64,000 nucleotides of DNA from Octopus sinensis (taxonomy: Eukaryota): the NCBI RefSeq assembly GCF_006345805.1, contig NC_043009.1:29636001-29700000 (forward strand), given 5' to 3'. A model generated the notes under the pieces. It had not been told where the DNA came from, searched no databases, and worked only from the letters and a program-made list of their open reading frames with translations. Below, one piece after another: positions 25,431 through 40,690 of the stretch. A program made the translations under genes and the position numbers. Every line of letters begins with the position of its first letter. The first letter of the stretch is position 1.

Positions 25431-26724
25431 CTCTCAACTGAATGAGGAGAATCACATTGTTTCCAACACTTTGAATGAATTTACGAAAATTACTGATTTT
25501 ACGTAATTTTATGCACATTAAGAATTCAGGTGGATAATTTCAGACATATCTTTTCCTACATCAATCCTTATCAAAATTAGCAATATTCTATTTAAAATTA
25601 ATTTTCTATTTAGAATAATCACTTATACATTATTACGATATGTTTATACGTGGCTTAAGAGTTAAGCATGTAAGGAAGACGTAGAACTTTTGCTCGTAGC
25701 CACCTTTGTGACAAAGAATTAACCACAGGTGAGCCGTGCAATGACTTCGAACAATATGCTCCTCGTAAGGTTGAGCTTAAATATGCAAAACGTCTTGTTA
25801 GTGATGGGTATCTTAGGGGGTCAGCGACATACAATAGGGGTAGAAAAGATAGGAAAAATACCATAAAAAGAAATGTATACGGAAGCAATTATCACGTCTA
25901 CAATCATCCACCTCTGCTAGGAATCTCATGAAATTACATTGCAAAGGAATTGCAATCGACCATTTTTCCATAGGACTTTGTAAATTGAAGCATGCTTATG
26001 AGATGGACCGTCAGAAAAATGGAGTGTGTATATAATACGTTGCTAGTGAGCATCACCTCACCGGATTATAAGATGCTGTAAACTTACTAGCACATGAACG
26101 TTGGCCATTCTCAAAAGCTATAACACCCATGTTTCTTACCAGAGCTTCGAGAACCCGAGAGGTCTTGCATTTTAACGCAGAGGTCATGGAAACAAGCAGA
26201 AGCCAAGTTCATGTGATTCCTTGAACAAATACAGATAAGGGATATCATCCGTGAATTGTTAGGATGGATTAAGAGATTTGTCTACACACATACTCACAAA
26301 CACAACTCACACTCACACACACACAAACACACACATACACACACACACGCAAATTTATTAAAAAAAAATACTCGGTAATGTTTAGTACATTGCGTTAATG
26401 CTTATGTCTTCCAATGTTTTAAAGTAACTTTACATATTCCTTGCATATTTTTGAATTATCAATAGGAAAGGCATTTTTTTTCTTGTACAATATCACATAT
26501 TTGTCAGGATGCAATATCACCAATTTCTTGGAATCCACTACGTACCCATTAATTATTTCATCCCGTATTCATTTGATCCAATATATCACCATTTTCACCA
26601 TTAATGATTATTTTGAGGTTACTCAAGAACAACGACCAAGCGTAGAAATGTCTGCTCGGTTCAGTGACCAGATATAATTGGCAGTCGAATCTTCTTCAAA
26701 TAATAACCCTACCCAGTTGAGTGT

Positions 26725-26766
<42 letters not shown>

Positions 26767-27306
26767 TGTGTATACTATCTCTGTCACGCACATACAAACA
26801 CACACACAATTTCAAAGCGGAAGATACATATTTGCTATCCAAGAACAAGGAGGAATGATTTTTGTCTTCGCTTTCGCATTCATTATTTCATGTATAACTT
26901 ATGCTTTCTCCGTTGAATTTTTTTATTTTCAAGTGTATCTGATGAAATCATTTGCCTGGTAAGCGTCCAATATGTCAATCTGTAGATGTACATTAGGAAT
27001 TAAAGGTGTATATGTCCATGAATTTCTGATGGATTCCTTAACAACACAGTAATAGATGCATAGGACATATTCATGGCATCATGATTCGAAGAAAACTATA
27101 TGTTGATGAAGTGAAGAACTTACGACTTCAGGGACAATTTTAGTGTGAAAAATGTATGAAATTCCATAAATAATTATATGCACATATTCAAAAATGATGG
27201 AAATACCTTACAGGTGCATGTGTGTGTGTTTGTATACATATATTTATGCTAATGTATGTATGTGTACATATAAATATACATACACACACACATATATATA
27301 TATATG

Positions 27307-27347
<41 letters not shown>

Positions 27348-27791
27348 TATCTATCTATCTATCTATTCTCTATCTCTCTCTCTCTCTCTCTCTATATATA
27401 ATATATATATATATATATATAGAGAAGAGAGAGAGAGAGAGAGAGAGATACACAAACACATATTCATAAACATGGGCATGCACGAGCGTTCTGGCATAAG
27501 ATAATTGAAGTAATGATCAATCTATGGTTTATCGCAAGGTCTTGCAAAATTCCAGGGCTAGTGCAAGGGAGATAACCAATAAAATATACTTATCAGCAAA
27601 CACCTCTGATCTGCGAAATAATTTTGAAATACCGTTCAGTCATGTGTAACCTCAAGTATTCTCGTCCAAAATGGAAACGTGTAGCAACACTTCCTTCTTT
27701 AATCAAAATGTAAAAAATATAATTATAATATTTATCAACCAATACTATGTTAAGCACTCATTCTCACTAATCGATATTAGCGCGTATATAT

Positions 27792-27856
<65 letters not shown>

Positions 27857-27883
27857 GATAGATAGACAGACAGAGACACAGAC

Positions 27884-27923
<40 letters not shown>

Positions 27924-27958
27924 TATATATATATATATATAATATATATATATATATA

Positions 27959-27992
<34 letters not shown>

Positions 27993-28864
27993 GATAGATA
28001 GATAGATAGATAGATAAATAAATAGATAGATAGGCGTGTTGTGTTAATTTTACAAAATACATGTCGATAAAAATGTGCAAGAATGATATCTCCACTGCAC
28101 TGGATATGATTATGCATTTCGATTATGGAGATGTGCTCCAGTATGCCTTCCCTCTAATAATAGAAAACTGCCAAATATTAAAAATCACAAACACGCACAC
28201 ACACACACACACACATATACCCATATAGACACATACACACACACATATATACCTACCTGTGTGTTTATGTGTGCGTGCATGTGTTCGTGTTCGAGCGAGA
28301 GTGCATGTGACCGTGCGTATGGGGGGGGGCTTATATATTTTGGGCAAAGGAAACGTACGTAACTTTAGACAAGTGGGTGGATATGATAAATATACCATCA
28401 AAGGAAATATTTGTTACTGTTTAAAAGTATATATGTTATTATATTACTAATAAAATTTATATTTTATTATCATATTATGTACAAATATACGTCGCTGTAC
28501 ATTTTACCCTTCTTTGATTAAACTTCTTATTGATTTTACTAAAATTATTGAACCACAACTAATAATTTTTCTGGACTTCCAAATTTTATTGTAATCAATA
28601 ATTGCAAACCTATAATCAGTTACAAAAATACAATTTACAAAGGTTTTGAAATTACTATTTACCAATCAGTATCCTTGTTATTATTTTTTTTTGCACACAT
28701 GGTTCAACATAACTCTGTAAGTGATTAATGCCTTCACTTCAATTGATCCCAGATTGTGCCGAATAATTGCTTTTGCCGTCTTCTACTTGATCCTGTGTTC
28801 CGCTATTTCCGTCATATATAAATTATACTTAGGTTAACTACAGTAACGAAGAAATATCTACACG

Positions 28865-28945
28865 GGGGACGATGTGTTCGATTAAATTCTACAAGGTCTA
28901 CTCCAGCCTGACCGCAGTCAAACAACAAAATAAAGTAAAAGATAA
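28865..28945 (+). mobile_element. SINE family B 3' fragment
   Basis: ttcgattaaa..actccagcctgaccgcagtcaaa..taaagtaaaaga matches the family B tail. Confidence 0.55.
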
Positions 28946-31900
28946 ATGATAGAAGGTCCGTTTTTTGACGACCCCGAAGTCTACGTGAATATATCTATTT
29001 AGTATCAGTTTTTATCTAATTCCAAGTCTTTTAATACCTGCAAGTTGGACCGCCATGGTGATATGTAAGGAGTCGTAATCTATTAAGATTATCTATCAAC
29101 AATGTATTAAAGATTATCTCTTGGGAAAAGAAACCTATATATGAAGCACATTCGTCAGCAAACAACCAGATTCTTAAGCCTGGCTAAAAAGATTAATAGA
29201 ATAACAATGAGATGAGAATAATCGTGGCCTTAATACTATGTGCCGTTTTCTTATTATCTGCAACTCACTGTTGCAATTATATTTCCAGTTTACATTGACG
29301 AGTAAAGCAAATAATTGAAGTTTCAAACGTTAAATGATTGTTTACAGCTGGCTTGGTGCTGTTCGGAAATAGAGTCGACTCTGTATAAGCATATATTTAT
29401 AAAAACAACAGAGTTGCAAAAAAGATAAATACAGAAGAAAGTGTACAGAATTGCCGACAGCGAATTTATTAAACAATGAAAGCAATGACTTTTATGTGAC
29501 TCTGTCAGGTAAAATTGGTGAAGGAATAACATATAGCAGAAGACCTCTAGCAGGTGGAGACAGATGCTAAAACAAACTTTCAAGAAAGCTGAGTTGTTAT
29601 TGTAGGTGTTATCTTTAGCATTATTACAAACGTAGAGAAGAGGACGACTAATATACATTATGCTGTTCGCTTCTCATTGTTAAACTAGAATGTTGGAGTG
29701 AACGTGGCTCGAGAATGTTTAAAGAATTTCGAAAGAAAACAGAAGAATATGTCTTTCTTATTATATCTTACATACGTCCTAGAAATAACAAACCGCCAGA
29801 ACAAGTTCTACAATCAATCTTCACATCCAGGCAAATTCTGTACGTTTCTCTTTTTCCCTGGTAATAGTTTCTCGTCGATGTATTAGTGAGTTCTTTGTAC
29901 TCAGTGTTATAGACTAAATCCTGAATGTTCTTTCTAAATGTAAGTATTGAGCTGAAAAAAATGTTACATGTTTTATCAAGTTTAAAGAGTAATAATTCTG
30001 TTGTTGTTGTCTACCCCCAAACTCAGCCGCCGTTAGTAGTCCTTCGATGAATGGTGTATATAATAAATAAAGTCTGAAATATTAATCGTGTTTGGTATTT
30101 GGGTATATATTCAGGATAATATCATGACAATAATATTATTCCTTGATCATCTATGAATGACACAGTATTATGACTGAAAGAGTTTTAAATAAAACTCACT
30201 CACTGAAAAACATATTGTATTATATACATGAATATAGTGTGTCATGCTTGCTCTCATCGAATACATACAGTTCAAAGACATTTTACTCATGATCTTCCAG
30301 TGTATACATTCTAACAGCATCTACTTTAAAAAGTTTAGACATAATTTGAAGGCGATTCGGCTTCCATATTTGTCAGGCTCTCTAAGTGTCTGCTAGATAC
30401 GGAATATATGTAAAAGCTCAAGAGATCTTGGATTAAGTGTAAACATTCGAAAGATGTATCTCTAACAAGAAGAATGACTTACATACCAAAATCACATTTG
30501 TCACTGGACTGATTTCAATGACATTATTCCGCAAATGATATATTGCCAAGTTTTGTGTTTGAGTTGTGGATGGATAAGCATAACACTTTATTTCTGTTAC
30601 ATATTGATAATATTCTCATGTAATTCATCTATATTTTAATCCCACGCAATTACAAAAACAAACACTGAAAACCCCTGTAACGGTGCCCAACTACCAGATG
30701 CTTTTAAAACCCGAAATACAGTCGGTTTTCTCATAGTCTTAACTTCTGTTGTCCCACAGGTTTTGTAATTGATTGCGTTTAAATGTGGGGTCCGTGTTGT
30801 GCAAAAATTAATCCACTACAAACAAATGCATGGGCAGACTTTTTCGACTCAGAACCCTACTGAGTTTAGGAAGTTGACCCCCACCGTATATATTTATATA
30901 TATATCCGTATGATAATGTAGAAACGCACGTACATACATTCAGACACAAATGCAGAACCACGCGTACGTGCACACACATGATTATTAAGGTTTTTAGTGT
31001 AACATTTGAAAATATTTTGCTGCAAACGTGTGAATATCATCTATACGTCTTTGGAATACAATTTGGTTTATATGCATACAAAATTCGAATTGAATAGTAT
31101 TCGTAGTATATGCAAAGTGAATTCCAAACGTATAATTTGAGAGTAAAAAGTAGACATGCATTTAATCTGAAATTTGAAAAATAGCTTCATGTAAATGTGT
31201 GTATGTCATAAACTCTAGTGGAAATACAACTGTATCAGCATTTAGTTTCTACTTCACCGGCTGTAAGGAAATTTGAGCAAATGGATGGCAATGTACGAAA
31301 ACAGCGATGTATTATAGACAACATTCTCAACGTTCAGAGGTGAGCTGCACCCAGTGTATCGTAAATAGCAGGAAAATAAAACTAGTTTTGTCATTTCTTT
31401 CTAGTTTTATAAATACAACAATTTAACGATAGGAATTGGAAAAGACTTTAAAAAGGAAATATTTTCTACTCAACTAGATATATTTGATAAAGAGGTTGTT
31501 TTTATTGTTGAAAAACAAATGAATTTTAACATAATTTGCAGTTGTTGTAAAGAAACAAAAAAAATGAGTACAATGAAAGTACAAAAGAAAAACAAAGTAA
31601 ATTTGCATGTAATTTTATTATAGTGAAATATTTCCGCAATTATGTTAGCATTTTCTTTCAAAACTTTATTGATATCTTCAGACATTTTAAAACAAACGAA
31701 ATATAAATATTAGTTGAAGCAAAATCTAAGAAAACGAAATGAATATTCAAATAATTTCACCATCTAATAATATATTACTTTCCATTCTAGTGTGAATTTA
31801 TTGTCATTTGGAAATAACAATTATCTCTGTTATATAGTTATACGTTACAATTCTACTCTAAATTTGTATATTCAGAGAAAAACTAATTTTATTCAAAGAC

Positions 31901-32573
31901 CCATACCTCCCGTCACAGCAGACAGACAATCACACACCAAGTCCATACCATTCTTGCATATGATGCTAGTACTTTTCTTTCTCCATCCTTTTCACTAGAA
32001 ATCTATAATACTTTCTCTCTTCCTCTCCACCTCATATACTTTCTTTTATGTATTATATTTCTCCGGGCTATCTGTTTTCTTATATTTCTCAAAAATAGTC
32101 TTTATGCTAATTTATATTCTTAGAGGAAACCAAGCATGAACATTTTGAATTATTTCTTTTTTTGGCATATTTTGCTTATTTTTGTCGACATTTTAAATTG
32201 ATCCCCCATTTTACAGCCATAATTATAAAGCAATAAAAATTGTGATTTAGTTGAAAAATGAATTATTCAGAAGAATTACGTTTTCCAATTTAAAACACAA
32301 ACAAACGAAAAACAAAACAAAACAAATGAATAAGAGTAAATGTTATGACAACAATAACAAAAACAACAACGACAGAAATTGTTATAACAGTAAACAGACA
32401 ACAGTAACAATAAAACAGAACGCAAGAATAGTATGAACACCAAATACGGCAGCAGCGAAAACAACAACAAATGCCATAACAAGAACACAAAACCAAAAAA
32501 CAATAACAAGAGAAGGATAAAGAAGAAGAAGAACAATAACAACATCAACGATAATGATGATGATGATAGTAAC

Positions 32574-32625
<52 letters not shown>

Positions 32626-35600
32626 TAATAATGGATCTACGTGACTAGAACTGAATTATACTAAATATAATGAAACTGGAATATGTTTTAGAACTTATTT
32701 CAGGAACATACCATCGTACTTAAGAATATTACGAATATTTAATGCAACAATTTAGAAACAAAAAAAATCTTACAAGGCAGAATGGCAGAAAAGGAAATAA
32801 TTTTAGAAAATATCTTGCGTTAAATTAATGGCTTCAACTATATTTTGCATTCCAAGAGAAATTTTGGTAGTCTGACCAATTATATAAGATATCACATTAT
32901 TGGAATTACGGGTCACTAGTATATTTCTATTGCTGACATTCCATTGCATTTTAGCGCAGGCAACTTAATGCTATATGATGCTTTATACATTATTTCCAAA
33001 TAGAAATGATAAATTCAACGAAGTGATTTAATTCTGACAAACTATCAACTTAACTTGAAGGACATTCCAATGTCGTTTCTATCACAGCCTTATCAAATCC
33101 TGAATTAAATTATAGATTGCTGAAGCTTTGAGAATGATCAAGGTGACATGTTTAACATACGACATAGTCAGTTTGGTTTTAAATCCAATTCCGTAACAGA
33201 TTTGACAAACGACTACAAATGATTTTAAAGTAATTTTAGTTTAGTTGAAACAAGATATTTCTTTTGTATTCCTGACACAGAGAAAGAAGGGCCGGAATTG
33301 TAATTCTTTATAATTTTATATTTCATACATTTACATATATATTCGGACCATCATGTCCTCGTGAACGGTATTAAGAGACGAGAAAATTCCCTTCAAACTG
33401 GAGAACTGGAGTAAATGCCTACAAATAACTGGACTAAAGGTGTCTAATAACCAGGTAAAGCTGCTGAATCGAGGAACATTTTAATCATACTACTCAATAA
33501 TCAGAGAATAAATCCTACAAAACATCTCATCTCCAAACATCTTTGAACTGGAAAGCAGAAAGGAGAATGAATAGCAAAGTTGGTTTCCGTGCGATTTGCA
33601 TAAAGTACACGAAAAGTGAGACCGAAATATACGAGTTACTTTTTGCCTTGTCTGACTCCATTTATGTCACATACTCTCTTATTCTGTGATTGTTGTTTCA
33701 TCTAATTTTATCCTTCTTCATTTGTAGCCGTTTCCATTGCCCAGTCTTATATGGATATAATATGGGAACTGAGGAAATTTGACAAAATCATTAACATTCG
33801 ACTAGATTGTGAATACGGGCAACAACAGTCCAATATTTGGCAGTGAGATCCTGACCAGCCGTGAGTTTCTACTGTCTGGACCTGTGCTAAATTAATATAA
33901 TCTATGAGTGCTCTAGTGACAAGAGGTTGTAAATCAATGATTAAGTTGTTGGTGTTTTGTACAAAATGTTCAATTCTTTCTACGAAGCAAGTTTCAGTCA
34001 GAGACATGCACCATATGAACACGATTTGCCACTTAGCTACTGCGTACAATAAACACAAATGAAACTAAGCAGAAACGTAACCGAGTAAGAGTTACATGGA
34101 AGAAAATGATAAAACTTGTTCTCACCCTTGAAATGTGCCAAAAGTTCAAACCAATATCAATGATAATAGTTACCAAATGGATTTCATTCCAGAAAAAAAA
34201 GCCTGCAACAAATCTTTCAGAGAATCAATGAAAGTATTTTTTTTATCACAAATTGGATGTGATAGCTGTTAACGTAATCCCTACATTAAATACCAATCTC
34301 CTATAATTATAGGGACTCGAAAAAAGTGAATGATTGTTACAGGTATAATTTTGTGATTAAGGAGGCGGAGCGGCGGGTGAAATCTATCATCCAAGTAAGC
34401 TTAGCTGGATTTGAAATCAGAATACAAAGAAACGGAATCCATCCGGTGTAATTTTACTGTTGTAGCAATGTATTCCTATGGGTTGGTAATTTCCTAACAC
34501 ACTGGAATAGATCAGAATTAAAGTTGACTTCAGCGTTATTTGATCTCAAAGCAGAGAGAATCGAAAGAAATATAGTGAGGACGTCTAACTGGTACTTTCA
34601 CTATTTGTTCAATTCCGTTAAATGGAACAACTAAAAGAAAACGAAAGAAAAAATAAAATAAAATAAGCTGGCCTCTGATTTGAACAACCAGGAACTTAAC
34701 GTATTTTCTTAGTGCTTCTCATTACATTTAATGACATAATTAGCAATTTATAGGCCTCTTAATTAGCATCATGATCACTTCGTGCAGAAGTCAATGTACA
34801 TTTGTAACGAGGAGCTTTGCAAGTAACCAAGATATCAAAACCATGTTGACTTAGTTGCTTTTACTGGATAATTTCTCCTTGATTCTCATGTTAACGTACG
34901 ACGTACCAACAGCTTAACTTCGAGATAAATGTTTCCAGTTTTAGTATTACTGCATAAACCGATTAAAGTGAATAAATTATTTTCTGTTTGGTTTATATTA
35001 TTCTAGCCATAAACTATTATTTTGACCTACTGTTTAGACTCTCGTTTCAATTTGCATCGCATTGCTTATGTTTCTTGTAACTTCTACATCTCTCCAGGTG
35101 AACATTCTTTTCAATAAAGGTGTTTCTATAAACGTGTTTATTGCTAAAGTCGTCACTGTCTGGGATAGAGTTGCTTTCCTTTCTTTAATTTTGGTAATAC
35201 GTAGAGACATTTTAGCTCGCATCTGTTACACATTGTGACAACATTCAAAATTTGTTTTGTCTTTAGTAAGTGTTATTTCCTATTTACTTATATCTAGAAA
35301 TCAGAGGAAAAGACTACTATTTCCTTCAAAGTTTGCATTGGTGACTGGACATCGCTGTTTTGAAACTGGCCTACTCTCCAGTACATTTCAGATAAGATTC
35401 AGCGCTGAGCTGCTGAAGCAGAAATATCCCCAGAGCATACATTTTGGTCAATACCACAGATTGTTAATCAGTTACTTAAACTTAACCACTTGAGCATGTT
35501 CCTTAGTGGTGGCTGACAATATGTGCATCTCTGACCTTGAGCGAGAGTAGCGGGGTAGCATCATAGCCATGCATTGAGAGGGATTCGTTGGGGTTTGACA

Positions 35601-37974
35601 AAATGTAACGAAAATATGTTTTCAAGGATATAGATATTTTCCATATATTTTAGGTGTAAGGAAATAAGAAATAACAGTTAATCAAGGACAAAAATCGTGT
35701 TAGTCAGTATTATCAATGCTACTGAAAAAGATAATATATCTCCGATTCTCTTTTGAATTCACCCAGTGTTATCGGTTAATAATAGGTATTATGGTCAGTC
35801 AATAGTTTAATATAAATATACTCTAGACGTTTCATTGTGTATTTAGTTAGTTTCCTAAAATCTTAGTTTGCCTAACTAATACGAAATCGATGATCTTCAA
35901 CGCAGTTTTATCAGTTTTATCTAAAATATCTAGGCATTAAGAAATGAATGAATATCACACAATCCTAATAATAATCGTTTGATGCATATGTAGTCTAAAG
36001 TAACTTACCGAGATGTAAAAAAAAGAATAGTAGCCGAACACACTTTTAGGCTAAAATTTGAGAACTAATATGACAAACACAAAAGAATTGATGATAAGCA
36101 AATATAGTTCGCAAACAAAAGGATGTAACAGAAAAATATCATGTTTAATGTTGTTGATAATTCAATTAGATCTTAAAATTAAAAGAACCAAACGAAATGT
36201 GTGTTTCTTTTTTTGCTTAAAGACTAAAACAGTGTTTTAACGAATATCATTGCTGTTATTTTTGTAGTTGTTGCTGTAAATTTCAGACACAGATTGGTAA
36301 GAGGTAAATAGAATAAAGTAGAAGCAGATAAAAGAAAGTGAAATTAAATAAAAAAAATCTGTGCTATTAATTTATTTAAAATATCAACTAGATTCAATGT
36401 GTGAATGTATAGGTAAGTCTCTTAAAAAGAGAAGGAAAACAATAGTAAGTAAAATCATAATATAGAGAAATATTTTGTTTTAGCTTTAATGCATATGCAA
36501 ATTATAACAGAAAGCTTTGTAATATATTTTGTATATCTTAAAAGAAAACAAACAAGCAATAAATATACTAAACTAATAAGACAAACAGAAATTTTCACTG
36601 CAGACATTTATTACTTGTTAGAAGCAATAAGCTGGTTGAGTAATGAGGTTTTCTCTGTTTGTCTTGCACTTAACTGATGACAAATCACAAATAGAATTAA
36701 GACCAATGCTATATTTGTTCACATAAAATTCCAAATATTTAAAATTACCTGTTTATTTTAAAATTTCATTATTGAACTATTTTCTTTTTTTCTTAATGCT
36801 TTTTTTTTCAGAAATTTTCTCAGTCCTATTTATTTCATATGATAGTGTTGTTATATTTACCTTGTTTAAAAAAAAGTTATTAAAAGTATAAAGATAAACT
36901 GATATGAAAGAAAACATGAGAATTGACAGCTAAAATATTACTCTCGTGAATTTTGAGCAATGGGTGATTATAAGGTCTAAGGTGTTTATCTCCAAAAGCT
37001 CATATATTTCAAAAAGCTTCAATATTCTTTAGCTTGTATCTTTATTCCTACTCCTAGTTTATATCACTGCTTGAGAACTTTGGAATCTGTATTATTTTCT
37101 AGCTTCGAATGGAGAAAACATTGGTTCCCTGTGTTACTTAAAGGAAGTGTGACTAACATATTTTTGCAACTCCTTTCAGATGGCTTCATTTGCCAAACAG
37201 ATTCGTTTCATGTGAATAGTGTTTTTGCTGATGTTAATTCATTCGACGACATGCTAAATTCCATTCACAAATCATAGCCAATAAAATTTATTTTCTTGTC
37301 TTCATTAACTTAAAAGATACTCAAACTGTATTCCATTAATCTCAGCTTCCCACAAGTGTCTGTAAAATCCACACCGAGTACAATCTTTTCGTTTTGAGTA
37401 AACTCCCGAATTTCTGCTTATTAAGCTCTCTCTTCCAGCCTTTTTCCCTCAACTTCTCTCTCCTCATTCCTCTCTCTTAGTTTTCTCTTACACGTCTTAT
37501 AATTTCAAACCAAAACATTATTATGTGTATCTAAGAAGCAAATTGTGCAAGTCCGTTGAGACTCGTTGAGAACGCCGTTTGCTAGATGTTCTGATGTCGT
37601 CTTAAGAATTCATGTCACCAACATCAAGTTGATACTAAACACAATCAGTGTGGAAAGAAAAACCTTTTTCTTCCTTCCTTTCGATCTTTCTCTCCCTCTC
37701 TCCCCTCTCTCTCTTTCTCTCCTCTCTCGCTCTCTCTCTCTCTCTCACGTACACATATTTAGAGAATTAGCTATGTTGCGATGTGAGGAATCTCTTAGTA
37801 TAACACTCACAATGTACGTTTCCCCCAAATAATGAGTACCTGAATGAGGGGCTAGTAATCGTATCTCAATAAAAGAAAAGCTAATATGATACTGGAGTCA
37901 TGCAAAGACGGATCAATGTATATAGCAACACGGATCAAAACATTTCCCTACATCTGCGTGTGTGTGAGTGTGTA

Positions 37975-38064
<90 letters not shown>

Positions 38065-39474
38065 TTACATACATATACATGAATATACGCATACATGAAT
38101 ATATTTCTGGTGCATTGAGTAGAAAGCTGTATTTATACACATAATTCTTCATTTATTTGTTTATTTGTTTGTATGTTTTCTGTATATTTCTCACCCTTAC
38201 ACTCCATTTATTCTCACTCACGTCCGCAATCACAAATTTTTGCTTTATTTTATTTATATTTCAGCGATATAACTCTGATCGGTGAACTTCCTTTTTGTTT
38301 TTCTGCCTCCCACGCTTCTTCCATCCGTCTCTTCTACTTATTTTTCCTTTTTGTACATATTTGCACTTTATTGTAACCTATTCATATGAAAGGACAAGAG
38401 TATTTACAGCCACAAAGAGCAGAATATATTACTTGGGAATTCATACACTTGGTAATAAATTATATACAAAAAAAAACAACACGAGCGCAAACATATGCAC
38501 AAGAAAATCTACACACACATATACACATACACACATACTTATATATAAAAACCCGTGCACAAACACACCTATAAACAAGAAAACGTTAAAAGAAGTTAGA
38601 GATCAGTTTGGAGTAATATCGACGAGAAAGTGAATATGTTCTGTTTATTAATCCCAGATCGAGAATTGAACCACAAATATGCAACACAAGTCACACCCAA
38701 ATCTCATATTTTCCTAAATGTATTAGAAACATTGAAATAAGTTTCATTTACCAGCGGATTATATGTAACGGAATGTTTTACACGGAGTGTTTGCTACATT
38801 GTCGATGTGTATATTGTTATATATATTTTTATCTCTTATTGTGTATTATATCATTGCTGCAATAAAATGCATAAAATATTTGAGTATGTGCATGTGTGTG
38901 TCAACGCTGTTGTATCTGCTGTTGTTGTCATTGTATGCTGCCATTGTTATTGCCGAGTTTGTTGCGAGTTTGTGTAGATCTGTAAATCTTATATAGCTGT
39001 TGGTCTCTATGACGGAAGCTAAACAGAAATCCTTTTAGCTGTGTTTCATTGCTTAAGTCTTAAGCACAAACATCACATTTTCCAAACATAATAGACAGAA
39101 ACAGGAAATATATGCCGAACCTTTAAATAACTCGAAAGAGTCCATCATTTCACTATTTGCAGAAATCCATTCTCTGTTAAGAATTTCGCTGAATGATTGA
39201 GGGATCTTTTTGAAAGCAATACCACCTTATAAAGGATTTAGGATTCATAATGGAAAAAGTAAAATGAAATAGAGGACAAAATAAAATATAAAATAAAGGA
39301 ACCGAAACCAAAATGAGAATAGGTTATTGTTCATCCGCCATGGTTTCATTGTAGCAACTCAAATAAACATGCAATTATAACAAAATACTGCAACCCAACA
39401 AGATTGTCGTGATCACCAACATTGAATATCATTAATTCAAATACCACATAGCTATCAATCCCTATGCATGGTTC

Positions 39475-39903
39475 TTCTTCTTCTTCTTCTCCTTCTTCTT
39501 CTTCTTCTTCTTCTTCTTCTTCTTCTTCTTCTTCTTCTTCTTCTTCTTCTTCTTCTTCTTCTTCTTCTTCTTCTTCTTCTTCTTCTTCGTCTTCTTCTTC
39601 TTCTTCTTCTTCTTCTTCTTCTTCTTCTTCTTCTTCTTCTTCTTCTTCTTCTTTTTCTTCTTCTTCATCACTTCTTCTTCTTCTTCTTCTTCTTATTATT
39701 ATTATTATTATTATTATTAATATTATTATTATTATTATTATCATCAGCATCATCATCATCATCATCATTATTATTATTATTATAAATAATAGACACCTCG
39801 GAAAATCTGGACAAATCGAAATCTAAATGTTATTTAATATGAAGTGTTACGTTGATATTTGATTGATGGCTTCAATAATAACAACAACAACAACAACAAC
39901 AAC

Positions 39904-39957
<54 letters not shown>

Positions 39958-39985
39958 TAATAATAATAATGATAATAATAATAAT
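39475..39985. repeat. Compound (TTC)n/(ATT)n/(CAT)n/(AAC)n/(AAT)n microsatellites
   Basis: Directly visible. Confidence 0.95.
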
Positions 39986-40591
39986 TTCTCAATAACTGAT
40001 GTATGCAGACAAACGTCATTCGTTCAATATGCCTTAATATCCAATAGTTCACACAAGCGCGTATTTTATTACATACATACACAAATACATATTCAAACAC
40101 ACACTCTCTCTCTCTCTCTCTATCTCTCTCGTACACACACACTCACATGAGCAAAGACACACAAATATATGCATACATATATCAAAGATCTTGCCGATAT
40201 TACGGGGGTCGATTGCCAAACCAAAGTCTATGTGGTATAATTTATGAACACATTCTCATATTGGTTTTGGTTATCCTTTTGAATTCGAATCACATCAAAG
40301 TGCATTTTGGATTTCATTTTTTTTCTCACAGGTAATAAATATGGTATTTGGTAACAGCCACTACTCTCGTATCAGTGTTCACGACGTAGGCTGTAGGTTT
40401 AGCTAAAACACAGGACAGTAGGACGTACACTGTTTGTTTCAGCTTGCACGTACACGGCCACCTGAAATTAAATTTTCAAATAATGCTATATGATACAAAG
40501 TGATCGTCAAATGTACATAGATTCTTTAGTTATATATATATATATGATGGTATATTTTACATGCGCGAATCTATACATACACACTCACACA

Positions 40592-40629
<38 letters not shown>

Positions 40630-40690
40630 TATATATATATATATATATGCATGTACATCTATCTATCTCTATCTCTGTGTGTATATATAT

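Noticed and set aside
33728-33842. Exon-like segment (strong acceptor, open frame VSIAQSYMDIIWELRKFDKIINIRLDCEYG)
   Set aside because: Unrecognised peptide; an overlapping frame gives PVLYG followed by KIINIR, which fits a decayed RTE RT equally well.
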